Position numbers and translations under genes: made by a program. A stretch of DNA of 59,592 bases from Octopus bimaculoides (taxonomy: Eukaryota): positions 26,911,813 to 26,971,404 of the forward strand of contig NC_069001.1 in NCBI RefSeq assembly GCF_001194135.2. The letters run 5' to 3'. Below, in pieces: positions 1 to 13,110 of the stretch. How positions within the stretch are numbered: position 1 is the first letter of the stretch; each line of letters begins with the position of its first letter. The notes beneath the pieces were generated by a model, which made no database searches, was not told the origin of the DNA, and was given only the letters and a program-made list of their open reading frames with translations.

Positions 1-487
1 ATGTGTATGTATGTATGTATATATGTATGTATGTCATTGCTCAATTTTATTTCACGATTTCTTGCCAATGGAGAAGGAGCCGATTTCTAACCTAGTTCCA
101 AGTCTCCTTCATTGGAATTTCAACATCAGCAGCAAGATATTTGTGTATGTATGTATATGTTCAGATTTATATGTTTTCTTTCATGTATGTATTCTCATGC
201 ATATAGTTGCATATCTAGACATGTTCATGTATATTTAAATGATAAAATTCTCGAAAGTTTCACAGATTTTTACAAGTTCCAGTGTTGTACTGGATCTGTA
301 GTCTTCGAATTAACATGCCCCTTTCTGGTTTTGAGCATCCTAATTTCTCAAGATTGGTTAGTATGTATGTATAAATATGACGGTCTGCATGAAAGGAAAA
401 GAGAACACAGTATCCCATCTAAAAATAAAAATAATTTAAAGAATCTAAAAATACCAACTATATAATGGCTGGATGATGATAGTTTGC

Positions 488-1090
488 TTACTCAAAGCAG
501 CCACCCACATCTTCCACCATGACTTCAAGACGATCTTCGGACCTTGCGCATGCGTTTCTTATTGTGTCATTTAGAAGCTTTTTGAACATCTCCTTGATCT
601 TGGCCACTATTTCAGCTTTGATGCTGCAGCCACAGAGGTTGGTGTGGTCCTCATTCGTGCCATACACATAGTAATTCCATGAAATTAAAATCAGAGGAAC
701 TAAGAGGCCAGAAATTCAGGCTGGTGAATTCGTAGAAATTTTCCGCCAACCACTTCTGACGCTTTCCAAAGTTAGGGCAAGGAGCCGAATTCTACTGTCA
801 CAAACATGGCATTCCAGTGGCAAGCCTTACCAGCAAGGTTTGATCAAAGTGACTAGCAGCTTCATATAAACGTGTAACTGGAGCCTAAGGCCCTGTTCAA
901 AAATATGGAGCCTTATGATGTCGCACCCACTGGAGGAACACACAAAAAACATCGATCCTTCTGGCGACGGTTTCGTCGTCTCTGTTGCAGCATTCCATAT
1001 GTCACGTCCTTACAGTCTTTACATCGTTCACAGAGCTTTGACCAGCTGTCATATTGACATTTTTATACCCGGTGTGTTCATCGTTGTACA
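488..1090 (-). pseudogene. Decayed Tc1/mariner-superfamily transposase, maT (DD37D) type, catalytic domain
   Basis: Minus-strand translation across stops/frameshifts: ..NDEHT.. (first D region) ..MFFVCSSSGCDIIRLHIFEQGLRL.. Q*NSAPCPNFGKRQKWLAENFYEFTSLNFWPLSSSDFNFM(D)YYVYG..KAEIVAKIKEMFKK..IRNACAR..RLEVMVEDVGGCFE*. This matches the QQDSAP / WPPxSPDxNPxDYYVW / RNAC..RLEAVVE..GG.FE motifs, with 37 residues between the 2nd and 3rd catalytic positions. TIRs not identified. Confidence 0.85.
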
Positions 1091-2226
1091 CTTAGATCTT
1101 TCCACTACTCAGATGGCTTCGAATCTATCATGACAGTCAACATCATTGACTGTTCACTAATAGATAGGGCCATTCCTGAACAGAAGGAGACAAAATACCG
1201 TCAAATGTAACCCAAACACACCATGTATATAAACACACAAAGAGGTTATACAGTTCCGTTGAATAAGGGAGAATAAACTTAGTTTAAACTCCCGTTGCGC
1301 ATTATTGGAGTGAATTATATGATAGATATATATATATAAAATAAAAAGCATGAATCCCACATTTCTCCTGGTTGCAAAAATTCAATGCGATGAGTCATCT
1401 TAAAGATGTAGTCCTTATTTCAATATCGAACCTTCACTGACAAATGAACAAAGGATTAGGTGCTGTTTTATTAAATTATTATGTGTTCTTGAAAGTAAAG
1501 TGTAAATTACTATGAAAATAATATGCAGAGATGTAGAAAGGAAGACAAAACTAATTCCATATAAAATAAAAAGGAAATATGTCAGAAAAGGAAGGCACAG
1601 ATAAAGTATAGATGCTCAAATTCAATTTAAAATCTTTCTATGTATATACACATACGTATTGGTGAATGAAGATCGTTCACACAGGTAAACGTATGTCAAA
1701 AATATGCTAAATCTGAAAACTTGCGTCAGGAATCATTCAGTTTAATTGAATTCATTTTGCCCTTTCTGTTTGCATGACTTTATGTATTAACATGTAAATA
1801 TTTTCCCTTTTTTATAAAAGACTCAAAGCATTTTCTCTCTCTCATTCTCTCTCTCTCATTCTCTCTCTCTCTTTCACTATATACATATGTATGCATGTAT
1901 ATGTGTATGTCCATATTTGAGCTTGTATGTAATTGTGTATGTACAGCATACGTGATCTAGCATCAGATTTCTTCACCATTTCATTCAATTGCTACACACC
2001 ATGTTTCCTGTAGGAACCGACATTTACATATTCAGTTCAGAAACGAGCAAATTTTTGTAACACCATAAGTGATTTTATTACATAATTATAAGTTTCATAA
2101 CGGAAAATATACAACTAAGTTACAAATTCATATTTCCATTCACCTTGATGCTAACTCTCCATAACATCTTAACCTTAATATTCACGATCCATATCAATAA
2201 GAGCAGCACTAATATTGAAATATTGC

Positions 2227-2445
2227 AAGGCGGTGAGCTGAAAGAAAGAGTAGCAGGCCGGGCGAAATGCTTAGCGGCATTTCGCCTGTCTTTACGTCCT
2301 GAGTTCAAATTCCGCCGAGGTCGACTTTTCCTTTTATTCTTTCGGGGTCGGTAAATTAAGTAGCAGTTGCTTATTGAGGTTGATCTATTCGACTGGCATC
2401 CTTGACCAAAATATTTCGGGTCTTGTGTCTAGATTAGAAAAGAAT
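2227..2445 (+). mobile_element. tRNA-derived SINE, family A (Meta-domain-like core), subtype A1
   Basis: Head ggcggtgagctg..gttagca; B-box gagttcaaattcc; core ggtcgacttt.cctttt..tctttcggggtcggtaaattaagta. Many homologous copies in the window. The MetaSINE assignment is recalled from the family consensus, not searched. Confidence 0.85.
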
Positions 2446-2626
2446 GCTTAAATATTATAATTATATTTTAATATGTTTTAAGCTAGTCATAACCATATCA
2501 TAATGTCTAACATTCGTATATCATATCAAATACAATATATTACTAAAAACTTTAACGATTAGGATAATGCATGTTCTGTTAAAAGGGCAAAATCTGCAAA
2601 AGCTAAAACATGTATTACATGTACAG

Positions 2627-3039
2627 GAGTAGCTATGTGGTAAGTAGGTTGCTTACCAACCACATAGTTCCGGGTTCATTCCCACTGCGAGGCACCTTGG
2701 GCAAGTGTCTTCTATTATAGCCTCGGGCCGACCAAAGCCTTGTGAGTGGATTTGGTAGACGAAAACTGAAAGAAGCCCGTCGAATATATATATATGTATA
2801 TATATATATGTATGTGTTTGCATATGTTTGTGTTTCTGTGTTTGTAACCCCAACCCACCCAACATCGCTTGACAACCGATCGTGGTGTGTTTACGTTCCC
2901 ATGACTTAGCGGTTCGGCAAAAGAGACCGATAGAATAAGTACTAGTCTTCAGAAGAATAGGTCCTGGGTTCGATTTGCTCGACTAAAGGCGGTGCCCCAG
3001 CATAGGCGCAGGCAAATGACTGAAACAAGTAAAAGAGAA
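2627..3039 (+). mobile_element. tRNA-derived SINE, family B (CORE-like central motif, internal (TA)n/(TG)n tract), full length
   Basis: Head gtagctatgtggtaag..ggttcattccc; ggcaccttgggcaagtgtcttcta core; internal microsatellite; 3' end gactgaaacaagtaaaagag. Closely similar to 7421-7790. Confidence 0.9.
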
Positions 3040-3346
3040 TTGTTGTTTGTTCCTTCTCGAGTCATGCCTGGCCCATGAGGACCGGTTTCCCGGTTTCATT
3101 GGCGTATATGATCCCCTCATGGAGGGGACGCCGATCCGTCGCAGGTGAACTGCTAGATCCCGGAGGAAAAAGTGAGAGGAAGTTGTGGCGAAAGAGTCAG
3201 CAGAAGTTCGACATTACCTTCTATGGGAGGTGCGTGGAATTTAGGTGTTTCGCTCATAAACATACACATCACCCGGTCTGACATTCGAACTCTGGATCCC
3301 CCGACTGCGAGTAGGCTGCTCTAAATACTAGGCCATGTACTTCCAC
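3040..3346 (-). mobile_element. tRNA-derived SINE, family C with tail type 2
   Basis: Reverse complement has the same tRNA-like head and body as 11680-12055, then ctgcgacggatcggcgtcccc..gaaaccgggaaaccgg..ctcgagaaggaacaaacaaca. Joined tail-to-tail with the family B copy. Confidence 0.8.
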
Positions 3347-3624
3347 ACAAGCAAAGCATTAACAAGAAAATCAAACACATAACCAGTTTATTTCAGTTTC
3401 CTTCTATATTCTTATTTTTTCAGTTTCCTTTACTATTCTTTATATAATTCTAGTAGGAACGCCTTCTAATTTCCGCTAAATAAGTGAATCTATTTCGTCT
3501 TTTTTGACACAAAAACCTATATATTGGAATATTGACTAAAGTTCTACGATGCTTTGTAGCCACCCATCTTGGGAAAGAAAGGAAATGCAACGATGGCGAT
3601 TAGGGGATTTTAGGATACAAATAC

Positions 3625-3684
<60 letters not shown>

Positions 3685-4425
3685 TTAAGTAAGTATATGT
3701 ATATACTTATATATATGTATACATATATAGAGAGGGAGGGAGGTGGAGACAGATAGATAGATAGATACATAGATTATTTATTTATTTATTTATTTATTCT
3801 TTCATTTCACCGAAGCTGGAAAATCTTCGAATTAACATTTTACTCTACTTTTGTAGTTCGAACATTGACTGCACCTTGTTTGGTACCTACGTACACACAC
3901 GCGCACATATGCACATATATCGATAGAGACAGAAAGGCAATTGTTCTAGACTAAAAGGATGTAAACGTGTATTTTTATTAGCAATCATACTTCTGTATCA
4001 ATTTCCATTTTTTTTCCAACTTTTAATTATAATTTTTAATTACCGGTTCATTAAGCCAGCTCATTTATTTAACCACTCAATAATCTTCTAAAAATCATTT
4101 AAAATATTCAGACAGACAGTTACAGACCTATCCAACAAAATGGTGTGCCGATAATTAACTATATCGCTTTATAAGAATATATGATATTGTATTATTTCAA
4201 ATAAAAATATTCATTAAGATTTCAAACAATCGTAATTTCAAATAGAAATATAATCACAGCTATCATATGATTTATGTGTTTATCTGGCTGTGTAGTTACT
4301 TTCTTTGTTCTTCACCTCTATCCTTCTTTCCCTCTCTCTTTCTCTATATCTCTCTCTGTCTCTCACACACAAATATATATATATACATATATATATATAC
4401 GTTTCGCTCGCTCCCTCTCCCTCGG

Positions 4426-4456
<31 letters not shown>

Positions 4457-4670
4457 TTGTATATATATATATAATATATATATATATAATCTCAAAATAC
4501 AATGTTTATATACCAAACAGGTTTTATAACATTTTTCTAACATTTTTCTGATGTAATTTAAATATATACTTTAACCATGTAACACAAGCCTTCTGTAGTT
4601 TTTTCACTCTTATTATCTTTTATATATATATATAAAAGATAATAAGAGTGAAAAAACTACNNNNNNNNNN

Positions 4671-4717
<47 letters not shown>

Positions 4718-5185
4718 TATACACACACATAGATCTTACGCTCTCTCTTTCTCTCTCCTTCTCTCGCTCTCCCTCTTATTCTCTCAACGGTAAAAGCACA
4801 CTCAATTTGCTCTTTTCGGTTAGCATTACTTATTACTTACAATATGTTTAATTAATGCCTAATGCTTAGGGCGTTGCGCTTGCCGTCGTTAGATCTCGAT
4901 TTGGCTGCCGGATCAGGCGTTATATTGTTACTGAACACAACACTTTCTTTCATATTGCTCTGTGATCATTTCGATTTCTATCGTGAGGCACACCTGAACC
5001 GGCAATATCGATTTAATAGAAGGCGTGAGATTATGGAACGACGAAAATGTGATCACTGTAAACGAATCATCTATGTGAGAAACTGTTGAACCCTCACTTG
5101 TCGTCTAACGAAGGGAGAGTCTGTGTTGTTAATGGGTGTGTATGTGTGTGTTTCAAGGGTGTGCGTGTGCACAATTGGATACGTC

Positions 5186-5216
<31 letters not shown>

Positions 5217-5423
5217 CTATCTATATATGTAAAATCCAATCCAAAAAACAACGTGAATCTCGTAGGTACTATAAGTTTAGAGGGAATACTTGATAAGTGT
5301 AAGCACCTGCATATGCAAGATCTACATAGATAGATAGATAGTCACAGAGTTAGATGGAAATATACAGAGAAGGTAAAGAGACAGGGTGAATGAAAGGATA
5401 AGAGTGAGAGCTAGAGAGAAGAG

Positions 5424-5427
<4 letters not shown>

Positions 5428-5505
<78 letters not shown>
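5428..5505. repeat. (TA)n(CA)n compound microsatellite
   Basis: Seen directly. Confidence 0.95.
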
Positions 5506-5507
<2 letters not shown>

Positions 5508-5529
5508 CAAAATATGAACGTCTAACAAC

Positions 5530-5718
5530 AATCTATTTTCCCAACAGTAGTGGTAGGGACAGTCTAATACATCGACTCCAGTGCTCAAATTGTTACATAT
5601 TTTTATCACTCCTAGAAAGCCAAAGGCAATGTCGACCTTGATGGCATTTGAATCCAGAAAAAAAATGTGGATAAGCATTTTATCTGAAGGATTAACAATT
5701 CTGCCAAGTCATCATCTT
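5530..5718 (-). mobile_element. Degenerate SINE family A
   Basis: acatcgactccagtg..ttttatcactcctagaaagccaaaggcaatgtcgacc..tttgaatccag..ttctgccaag is the reverse complement of the family A core. Confidence 0.65.
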
Positions 5719-7234
5719 ATTAGAAACTAGTGGGACCCGTAGATATTAGAAGCTATTTCAAATTTTTATTTATATTTTGCTAAGTTATTTCAATTCCATT
5801 CACAATAATGTATTATATGATTTAAAAATTTCCCTCTGCTAAGCACTTTATATTAATCTTTCTTCTCTCTACTTTTTCAACACACTTTTTAACCATGTAA
5901 TTCCCATCTTTGTCTTCAACATTTCTTTCTTTCTTTTCACCTTTCCCTCCCCACCCGACAGCACGACATTCACATTTCTCTCTCCCACATTTCTCTCACC
6001 TTCTTTTTCTTTCGCTCTTCGCCTCTCATTTCAACTAAACACATGACAGTTTTGGACTATTATTCTAATTTCTCTTCTTTTTTCTCTACTCAAATTTCGT
6101 ATCCCTCCTCTCTCTCTTTCTCTCTCTTTCTCTCTCTCTCTCTCTTCTACTCCACCTCTTACTCACTAACTAAAGTTTAGCGGGCGAACAAGCAGGTTAT
6201 TATACAGATAGAAATATTGCCGAATTTTTATGGGTTTCTCTTCGCAAAAAGGAAGTCTGGGTTTGACCCCTATGTGTACCATTTCGAGCCAATTGAATTT
6301 CATATAGCTTCATGTTGACCCGTGAACTTCCGTAGTTAACAAATTTAACAGTTCTTCAGAACGAATATCCTAGAACTTCCCCGGAACACACTATGAAGTA
6401 TTGAGAATTAACTTAAAGGTACAAACGAGTGTGAAATGTTTAGCCAGGTATCTACTAATTTAATATGCAGATAGTTCAAATGAATGAAACTCTAGCATCA
6501 TGTATATACTAGTTCATGTATATGTTTTGCACACACACGCAGGTACACACACGCAGGTATACACCAACGAACACATACATACATGGGAGGGGCGTGCGTG
6601 CATGCATGTACATTCGTGTTTAGATATGTGTATGTAAGATTATACGGTATATTTACCCTTAACTATCTCCATACGTGCGACTTGAGTGTCGAAGAGTGTA
6701 CGTGCGTGCGTTTTCGGCTTTTGAATGTGGCAAAACGCGCTCATTTCCTTCGCTTTCTGTGTGTTTTAACACTCGAAACCAATTAATTTAAGTGTCAAGT
6801 CGCTCTCCATTTGGATGATTTGCATGTGGAAGGTCAGCTATGCAGGCTGATGTTATCATTCCTAATTCAGTTTATGTTTACAAACAGGGATATAATCGAA
6901 AATCCGCGCACGAATCCTTCTACACAGATACGCTCAAAAACATACATACATATACATATATTCACTGGATGTTTTTGTTAATAGATTAAAATGGACTAAA
7001 TTCGTGGTATTACCTATTTTTAAGGCATTTGTGTCACCACATCTGCTGTCAATTGTGAGGGTATTGAACTAGTAACATCAATTGTATGAAGGAGTATATA
7101 TTAAGACTTACATAGTTACCTCCTTTTATAAGTTGATTATGGTTTCAAATAATAATGCTTACGGCTTTAGCTGTTAATTCAGTGGATGTGAGGAGATAAC
7201 TACCGGAAATGTAGTGAATCTAACATAGCCGCTA

Positions 7235-7395
7235 ATGTAGTTTTGTGGTCACCGGTTTCCTTCCGAACCACATGGTTCCAGATTTCGTCCAACAGTGTGG
7301 CGCTTTGACCAAGTATTTTTCTACTAGAGCTTCGGCCTGACCAAATCCCCGTCAGTAGATTTCGTAAAGGGAAGCTGGAAGAAATCAGTCGTAAA
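7235..7395 (+). mobile_element. Old SINE family B 5' half
   Basis: aaccacatggttccagatttcgtcc..gtggcgctttgaccaagt..ttctactagagcttcggcctgaccaaa, diverged from the adjacent younger copy. Confidence 0.7.
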
Positions 7396-7420
7396 ATATT
7401 GAGATGCACAAAATGTGTCT

Positions 7421-7573
7421 GAGTGGCTGTCGTAAGTAACTTGCCTACCAACCACATGGTTCCGGGTTCAGTCCCACTGCGTGGCACCTTGGACAAGTGT
7501 CTTCTACTATAGACTCGGTCCGACCAAAGCCTTGTGAGTGGATTTGGTAGACGGAAACTGAAAGAAGCCAGTC

Positions 7574-7617
<44 letters not shown>

Positions 7618-7790
7618 CTGTGTTTCTCCCCCACCTTCGGTTGACAACCGATGCTGGTGTGTTTACGTCCCCTTAACTTAGCGGTTCGGCAAAAAGAGAC
7701 CGATAGAATAAGTCCTGGGGTCGATTTTCTCGACTAAAGGCAGTGCTCCAGCATGGCCGCAATCAAATGACTGAAACAAGTAAAAGAGTT
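7421..7790 (+). mobile_element. SINE family B, full length
   Basis: gagtggctgt..aaccacatggttccgggttcagtcccactgcgtggcaccttgg..(TA)n..gactgaaacaagtaaaagag. Confidence 0.9.
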
Positions 7791-8375
7791 AAGTCTTAAT
7801 TAAGTTTAACGGCATTTAATAAAATGTGTTCGTCGTTACTATTGGTTACACCAGAAACATGAAAGACTTGGCGAAACTCGAATGCCAACCTCCAAGTATA
7901 AACATCATATTTTCATAAAGTTGAAGCTTGCTGCCAATTTGATATTCTCTTGTTTGGGTGTTTTCATTGTAACCAATCTCTCATTACGCAAAGTAAACAA
8001 TAATAGGTACTGCTTACGCTATTCTAGATGTAATATCTTTAGCTTAACATGTCATGACTCTTAAGAATAATGTTTTAAAATAGAAGGCCGATATAGGAGT
8101 AAGTATAAGGCCAACATATCTGTCAATAAGAGAATCGGTTGCTTACTGACCGAGAGGGTAACAGTTTGTGAAATTCAGCAGTAAAATAGTTTATTGGAAA
8201 CAGTTTGTAGACTTTTGCATCAGTTTTCATTTGAGAAGATTTATGACCGCAAATCATCACAAATTCCAAACAGACATTCCAGGGTCTCTTTGAAAGTGAC
8301 TGGATTATGTTGCTAGAAATTATATACTACACATGCAATCTGTTAGAATAAGTGACTTATCTTAAAGTACACTAT

Positions 8376-8601
8376 TTTTATTATTATGGTGTATGTGTTC
8401 CCCCCAGATGGACGGGACGCCAGTCCATCGCAGCGCTACTCAAGAAACAGGTAGAAAGAGTAAGAGAAAGTTGGGGCGAAAGAGTACAACAGCTTTAGGT
8501 GTTTTACCTCAATAAACACACAACGCCTGGTCTGGGAATGGAAACCGCGATCCTCCGACCGCGAGTCCGCTGCCCTCACCATTAGGCCATTGCACCTCCA
8601 C
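8376..8601 (-). mobile_element. SINE family C with truncated type-2 tail, ~12-bp TSD
   Basis: Reverse complement gtggaggtgcaatggcctaatggtgagggcagcggactcgcggtcggaggatcgcggtttcc..ctgcgatggactggcgtcccgtcc. Flanked by aaagtacactat (8364-8375) and aaagtacattat (8602-8613). Confidence 0.88.
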
Positions 8602-8871
8602 AAAGTACATTATGTTGTCTTTAAAAGAGAGGAACGCATGTGATATGGTGTAAGCCTAAACACATAATTCTCACAAAAATAAGGTCGGGTTTCGAAAGCT
8701 GAACGATTTTTGTCGTATACCTGTTCAGTCAGGGCTAAACTTGCTCCGAAAACGAAATGGAAGCATATAAACCCACCACCACCACCATCAATATGAAGCA
8801 GAAATACATAAACAGATGAAATACATAAAAGTGTCGAGTTCTTCCCCTCCACCTGGTTTCCTTGCTATTTG

Positions 8872-8907
<36 letters not shown>

Positions 8908-9201
8908 TATGTATAACATATACACACACACATATATAATAATAATAATAATAATAACAACAATAATAATAATAATAATAATAATGATATTATTATTATT
9001 ATATATACAAATATATATTCATGTTTATACATATATGTATATACATTTATACGTGTACTTATATGCATATATATATATATATATGTATGTATANNNNNNN
9101 NNNNNNNNNNNNNNNNNNNNNNNNNNNNNNNNNNNNNNNNNNNNNNNNNNNNNNNNNNNNNNNNNNNNNNNNNNNNNNNNATACTTACATACATACATAT
9201 G

Positions 9202-9445
9202 ATTCTTTAACTAACCTTCATTATTCTATGTCGTTCTTTGATTGAAGTATGCAACCATTAATCCCGTTAATCCCGTGCAGCAAACGATCGAGTATAATAA
9301 ATGTACAAATTATTAAATATATAAACGATGCGAAAGGAGAATTTTCTAGCTTCCTCCTTTCAAAGCCATTAATGAGCACATTATATAATTCGGATCTTTC
9401 GGATCGATATCAAGCAGAATATTTTCATTAAGAACATCGTTGAAG
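9202..9445 (+). repeat. Unclassified ~245-bp sequence, copy 1 (direct paralog of 11164-11405)
   Basis: By-eye alignment about 70-75% identical, e.g. ataataaatgt.caa.tt.ttaaatatataa.cgatgcgaaa.g.gaattttctag. Confidence 0.8.
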
Positions 9446-9598
9446 CATACAACGTTGTGTTGCCTTCTACCGACACGGTAATTAATTATATAGGCGGTGA
9501 AAATAAGACTGATGTTTCAAGACTTTTACCCAGTAATCACATGATGAGGTAAGTCTCGTTTGTAGATAAGCGAATCCAACTTGCCATATATCTATCTG

Positions 9599-9674
<76 letters not shown>

Positions 9675-9921
9675 TATATATATATATACATATATAGATA
9701 GGGTGATAAATTGACTATTAATTCAATTTAAAACAAAGTGGCCTAGCATATAAAATAAAATCTGAAAATTCAGAAAAAATGTATTACACGTGTATAAGGG
9801 ATGACCNNNNNNNNNNNNNNNNNNNNNNNNNNNNNNNNNNNNNNNNNNNNNNNNNNNNNNNNNNNNNNNNNNNNNNNNNNNNNNNNNNNNNNNNNNNNNN
9901 NNNNNNTATATATATATATAC

Positions 9922-10080
9922 GATAGGCTTCCACAGTTTCTATCACCTCCCAAACTGCCATATTTACTCACAAGTCATTAGTTTGCCCGGGTTTTAGTAG
10001 AAGACACTAACAGAAGATGCATGCTGTGGGAATGAACACGGAACCACGTCCTTACGAAGCGAGTTTCTTAATCCCACAGA
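9922..10080 (-). mobile_element. SINE family B 5' half, degenerate
   Basis: ggcttccacagtttc..ctcacaagtcattagtttgcccggg..tagtagaagacact..gtgggaatgaacacggaaccac; continues into (TA)n and a gap. Confidence 0.75.
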
Positions 10081-11163
10081 CTTGCCGGAGGAGCAGTCTT
10101 TCAGCCGAACTCTATGTTTAGTTTCAGTTCACTAAAGCTCCCGGATTTAAATTCTGCCATTGATGAGTTTACTAATTCTTTTTACCGGTTTAAATAATGT
10201 ACAATAACAAGAAATTCATTAGTTCTTAATATATTAACAGTCCCTTAAAATTTAGTAAAACCAGCGGTCAATTAAATTCGTTCCTTGCTATTTACTGCTA
10301 GTAATTATGTTGTTGATCCCAGGAAGATGAATATCGAAGTTGACATTTGTGCGATTCGAAATTAAAACGTAATGAGATATAACCAATTAACCTACGTCAT
10401 TTTGTCAATTCATCACTCTACTTGCATTATAAGATATTGATTGTGATCATAGGAATGGTGCCCAGTGTTGTAGGGATGAATATGAAAGTATAGCAATACT
10501 TGTATGGTATCTTATTTAATCGACCTTGGACGAATGAAGGCCAAACTTTGACCCCTGTTGGATTTGACTTTATAACTCAGTACAATAGTGAAGTCAATTC
10601 TATTGACTCCATCCATTTTTTTTTCTCCTAAGTTGTGGTCTGTTGCCAATTTGAGCATTCATTATTTATCTGTTTTGATTATAGTGTATCTATCATAAAG
10701 GACAGTAAGGAAGGGTAGATGACTTAACGGTATTAATTAAAATGTGTCATGTCCATAGGTCTACGTGCCACGGTTCGTAACATTAACTTTTACACAGAGA
10801 CGGTCGATAAAAGAACCAATAACACGGTATCGGCGTAAGCGAGAAATTATCGATCAATAGTATATTCGATTACTTACTGACGTAGAGGTCGATGGTCTGT
10901 GAATAATGTTACTAGCTACAATGATGTAGTTTTCAACTGTATATGTGTGTGCATTAATATATAACATAACTTCATGCATACATATGTAGTCGCGCTTGTG
11001 TATGTAGATATGTTACATACTTACATACTCAGACACACACCCATAATTAATATGTGTCAAAATAATGTTTGATTAGATACATACTATTACAAATATATAT
11101 GCGTACGTATATATATATAGATGGATAGATAGATAGATAGATAGATGCGCGCTTGTGTGCGTG

Positions 11164-11405
11164 TTTCTCTAACTAAGCTTCAAACTTCAACAGTATTCTT
11201 AGATAGAAGTGTGCAACGTAATTCCCACGAAGTAAGCGATCAAACATAATAAATGTCCAATTTCTTAAATATATAAGCGATGCGAAATGGGAATTTTCTA
11301 GATTCCTCATTTTTCAAAGACATTAATGATTATATTATACAAATGGAATCGTTCGGTTCAATATTCAGCAGGATACTTTCAATAAGGCTCGAGATGAAAC
11401 ATATA
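11164..11405 (+). repeat. Unclassified ~240-bp sequence, copy 2
   Basis: Aligns to 9202-9445. Confidence 0.8.
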
Positions 11406-11679
11406 TCGTTGAATTAATTACATCACACAAGTTAGTAATCAATATACGGATGGAGCCTTGTCGGTATGTAACGAGTACGAAGATTTGTAAGTGTAGATGA
11501 AAAAAGAGAGAAACTGTGTCGAACCTCACTGGGTGAAGTATGTCTTTTCATGACCTGAAAAGGTCATTTATCAAATTGTTTAACACTCCCACCTAGGCAT
11601 TGGAGCTATTTGACTGGAGTATCAACATTTTTAGCAGTCATTCGTTTTAATTTCAACGTTTTATTATTGTCTATGATTA

Positions 11680-12055
11680 GTGGAGGCGCAATGGCCCAGT
11701 GGTTAGGGCAGCGGACTCGTGCTCATAGGATCGCGGTTTCGATTCCCAGACCGGGCGTTGTGAGTGTTTATTGAGCGAAAACACCGAAAGCTCCACGAGG
11801 CTCCGGCAGGGGATGGTGTACTCTTTCACCACAACTTTCTCTCACTCTTACTTCCTGTTTCTGTTGTGCCTGTAATTCAAAGGGTCAGCCTTGTCACACT
11901 GTGTCACGCTGAATATCCCCGAGAACTACATTAAGGGTACACGTGTGTGTGGAGTGCTCAGCCACTTGCACGTTAATTTCACGAGCAGGCTGTTCCGTTG
12001 ATCGGATCAACTGGAACCCTCTCCGTCGTAAGCGACGGAGTGCCAACAACAACAG
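11680..12055 (+). mobile_element. SINE family C with tail type 1, full length, 15-bp TSD
   Basis: tRNA-like head tggcccagtggttagg / ggtttcgattccc; 3' stem-loop ctccgtcg-taag-cgacggag (12021-12040); (CAA)n end; TSD tattgtctatgatta (11665-11679) / tattgtctatggtta (12056-12070). Confidence 0.92.
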
Positions 12056-12767
12056 TATTGTCTATGGTTACTGATCTCTTGCACACGTTTTACGACCTTC
12101 CTCGGCGGCGCAGAGGAGGGTGCTGCCCTCATTCATTTGACAAAACTATACACACAAGCCAGAAAAAGAGAATATCTTGTACGTACTTCCACCAGAAAAG
12201 ATGATTTTGTATTATAAATTTATATCGGATGAATGAAAACATGTATAACTTTCGTAGGAAGTGTATAGGCGATACATTTATTTATATATTAATTTTTGTG
12301 TGTATACTCGATTTCATCCTGTGCAGACGACAGATGGAAGATTAAGCGGGCCTCACCGGTTTTGAATTCAAAACATGAATAAGAATAGATACCAGATGAA
12401 TTTTTTTTTTCTTTCTGCTTCATGCTGATTCTATAAGACACAACGCCCTACATATCAAAAACTACAAGTAAAACTCCTAGGATTCATAAATTTGTATTGA
12501 ACTGGTTTAGTCAGATGGCTAGTTTACGCTATTCTTACCTTCTAGTTAGAGAATACATTCTATTGTTGGCTCACTGAGAAGTTTATGGGAGAAATGCTGG
12601 GTATGTAAATATGGTTATGTGTTGTTAATGGAAATGTTCCTGAATCATAGAAAAGAGAGTGGATTTTATATGTACAGTTAGCAATCTACTTTATGTCGCC
12701 AAGTATCTTGTATCATGCAATGTTATTTCGCGCCACTGCGTCTAAATAATGCTCCCACGTAATCTTA

Positions 12768-12770
<3 letters not shown>

Positions 12771-12857
<87 letters not shown>

Positions 12858-13034
12858 CTGTCTGTTTATCTATCTGTATGTCTGTCTGTTTGTCTGTCTA
12901 TCTATCAATCCATTTATCTGTATTGCTCTCTATCTGTCTATCTGTGTGTTCATCTCTCTATCTGTCTATCCATGTATCTATCTGTCTATCTGTGTGTCCA
13001 TCTCTCTATCTGTCTATCCATGTATCTATCTATC

Positions 13035-13071
<37 letters not shown>

Positions 13072-13110
13072 CTGCCTGCCTGCCTGCACTGTTGTATATC
13101 TATCTGTCTG
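12771..13110. repeat. (TATC)n/(TA)n/(TCTG)n compound low-complexity tract
   Basis: Seen directly; accounts for the overlapping ORF-track entries. Confidence 0.9.

Noticed and set aside
4595-4660. Perfect 66-bp palindrome centred on (AT)6
   Set aside because: It ends exactly at a 10-N gap and pivots on a TA run, typical of fold-back read or assembly artefacts.
11680-11760. tRNA-like sequence
   Set aside because: No closed acceptor stem; it is the head of a SINE with a TSD.
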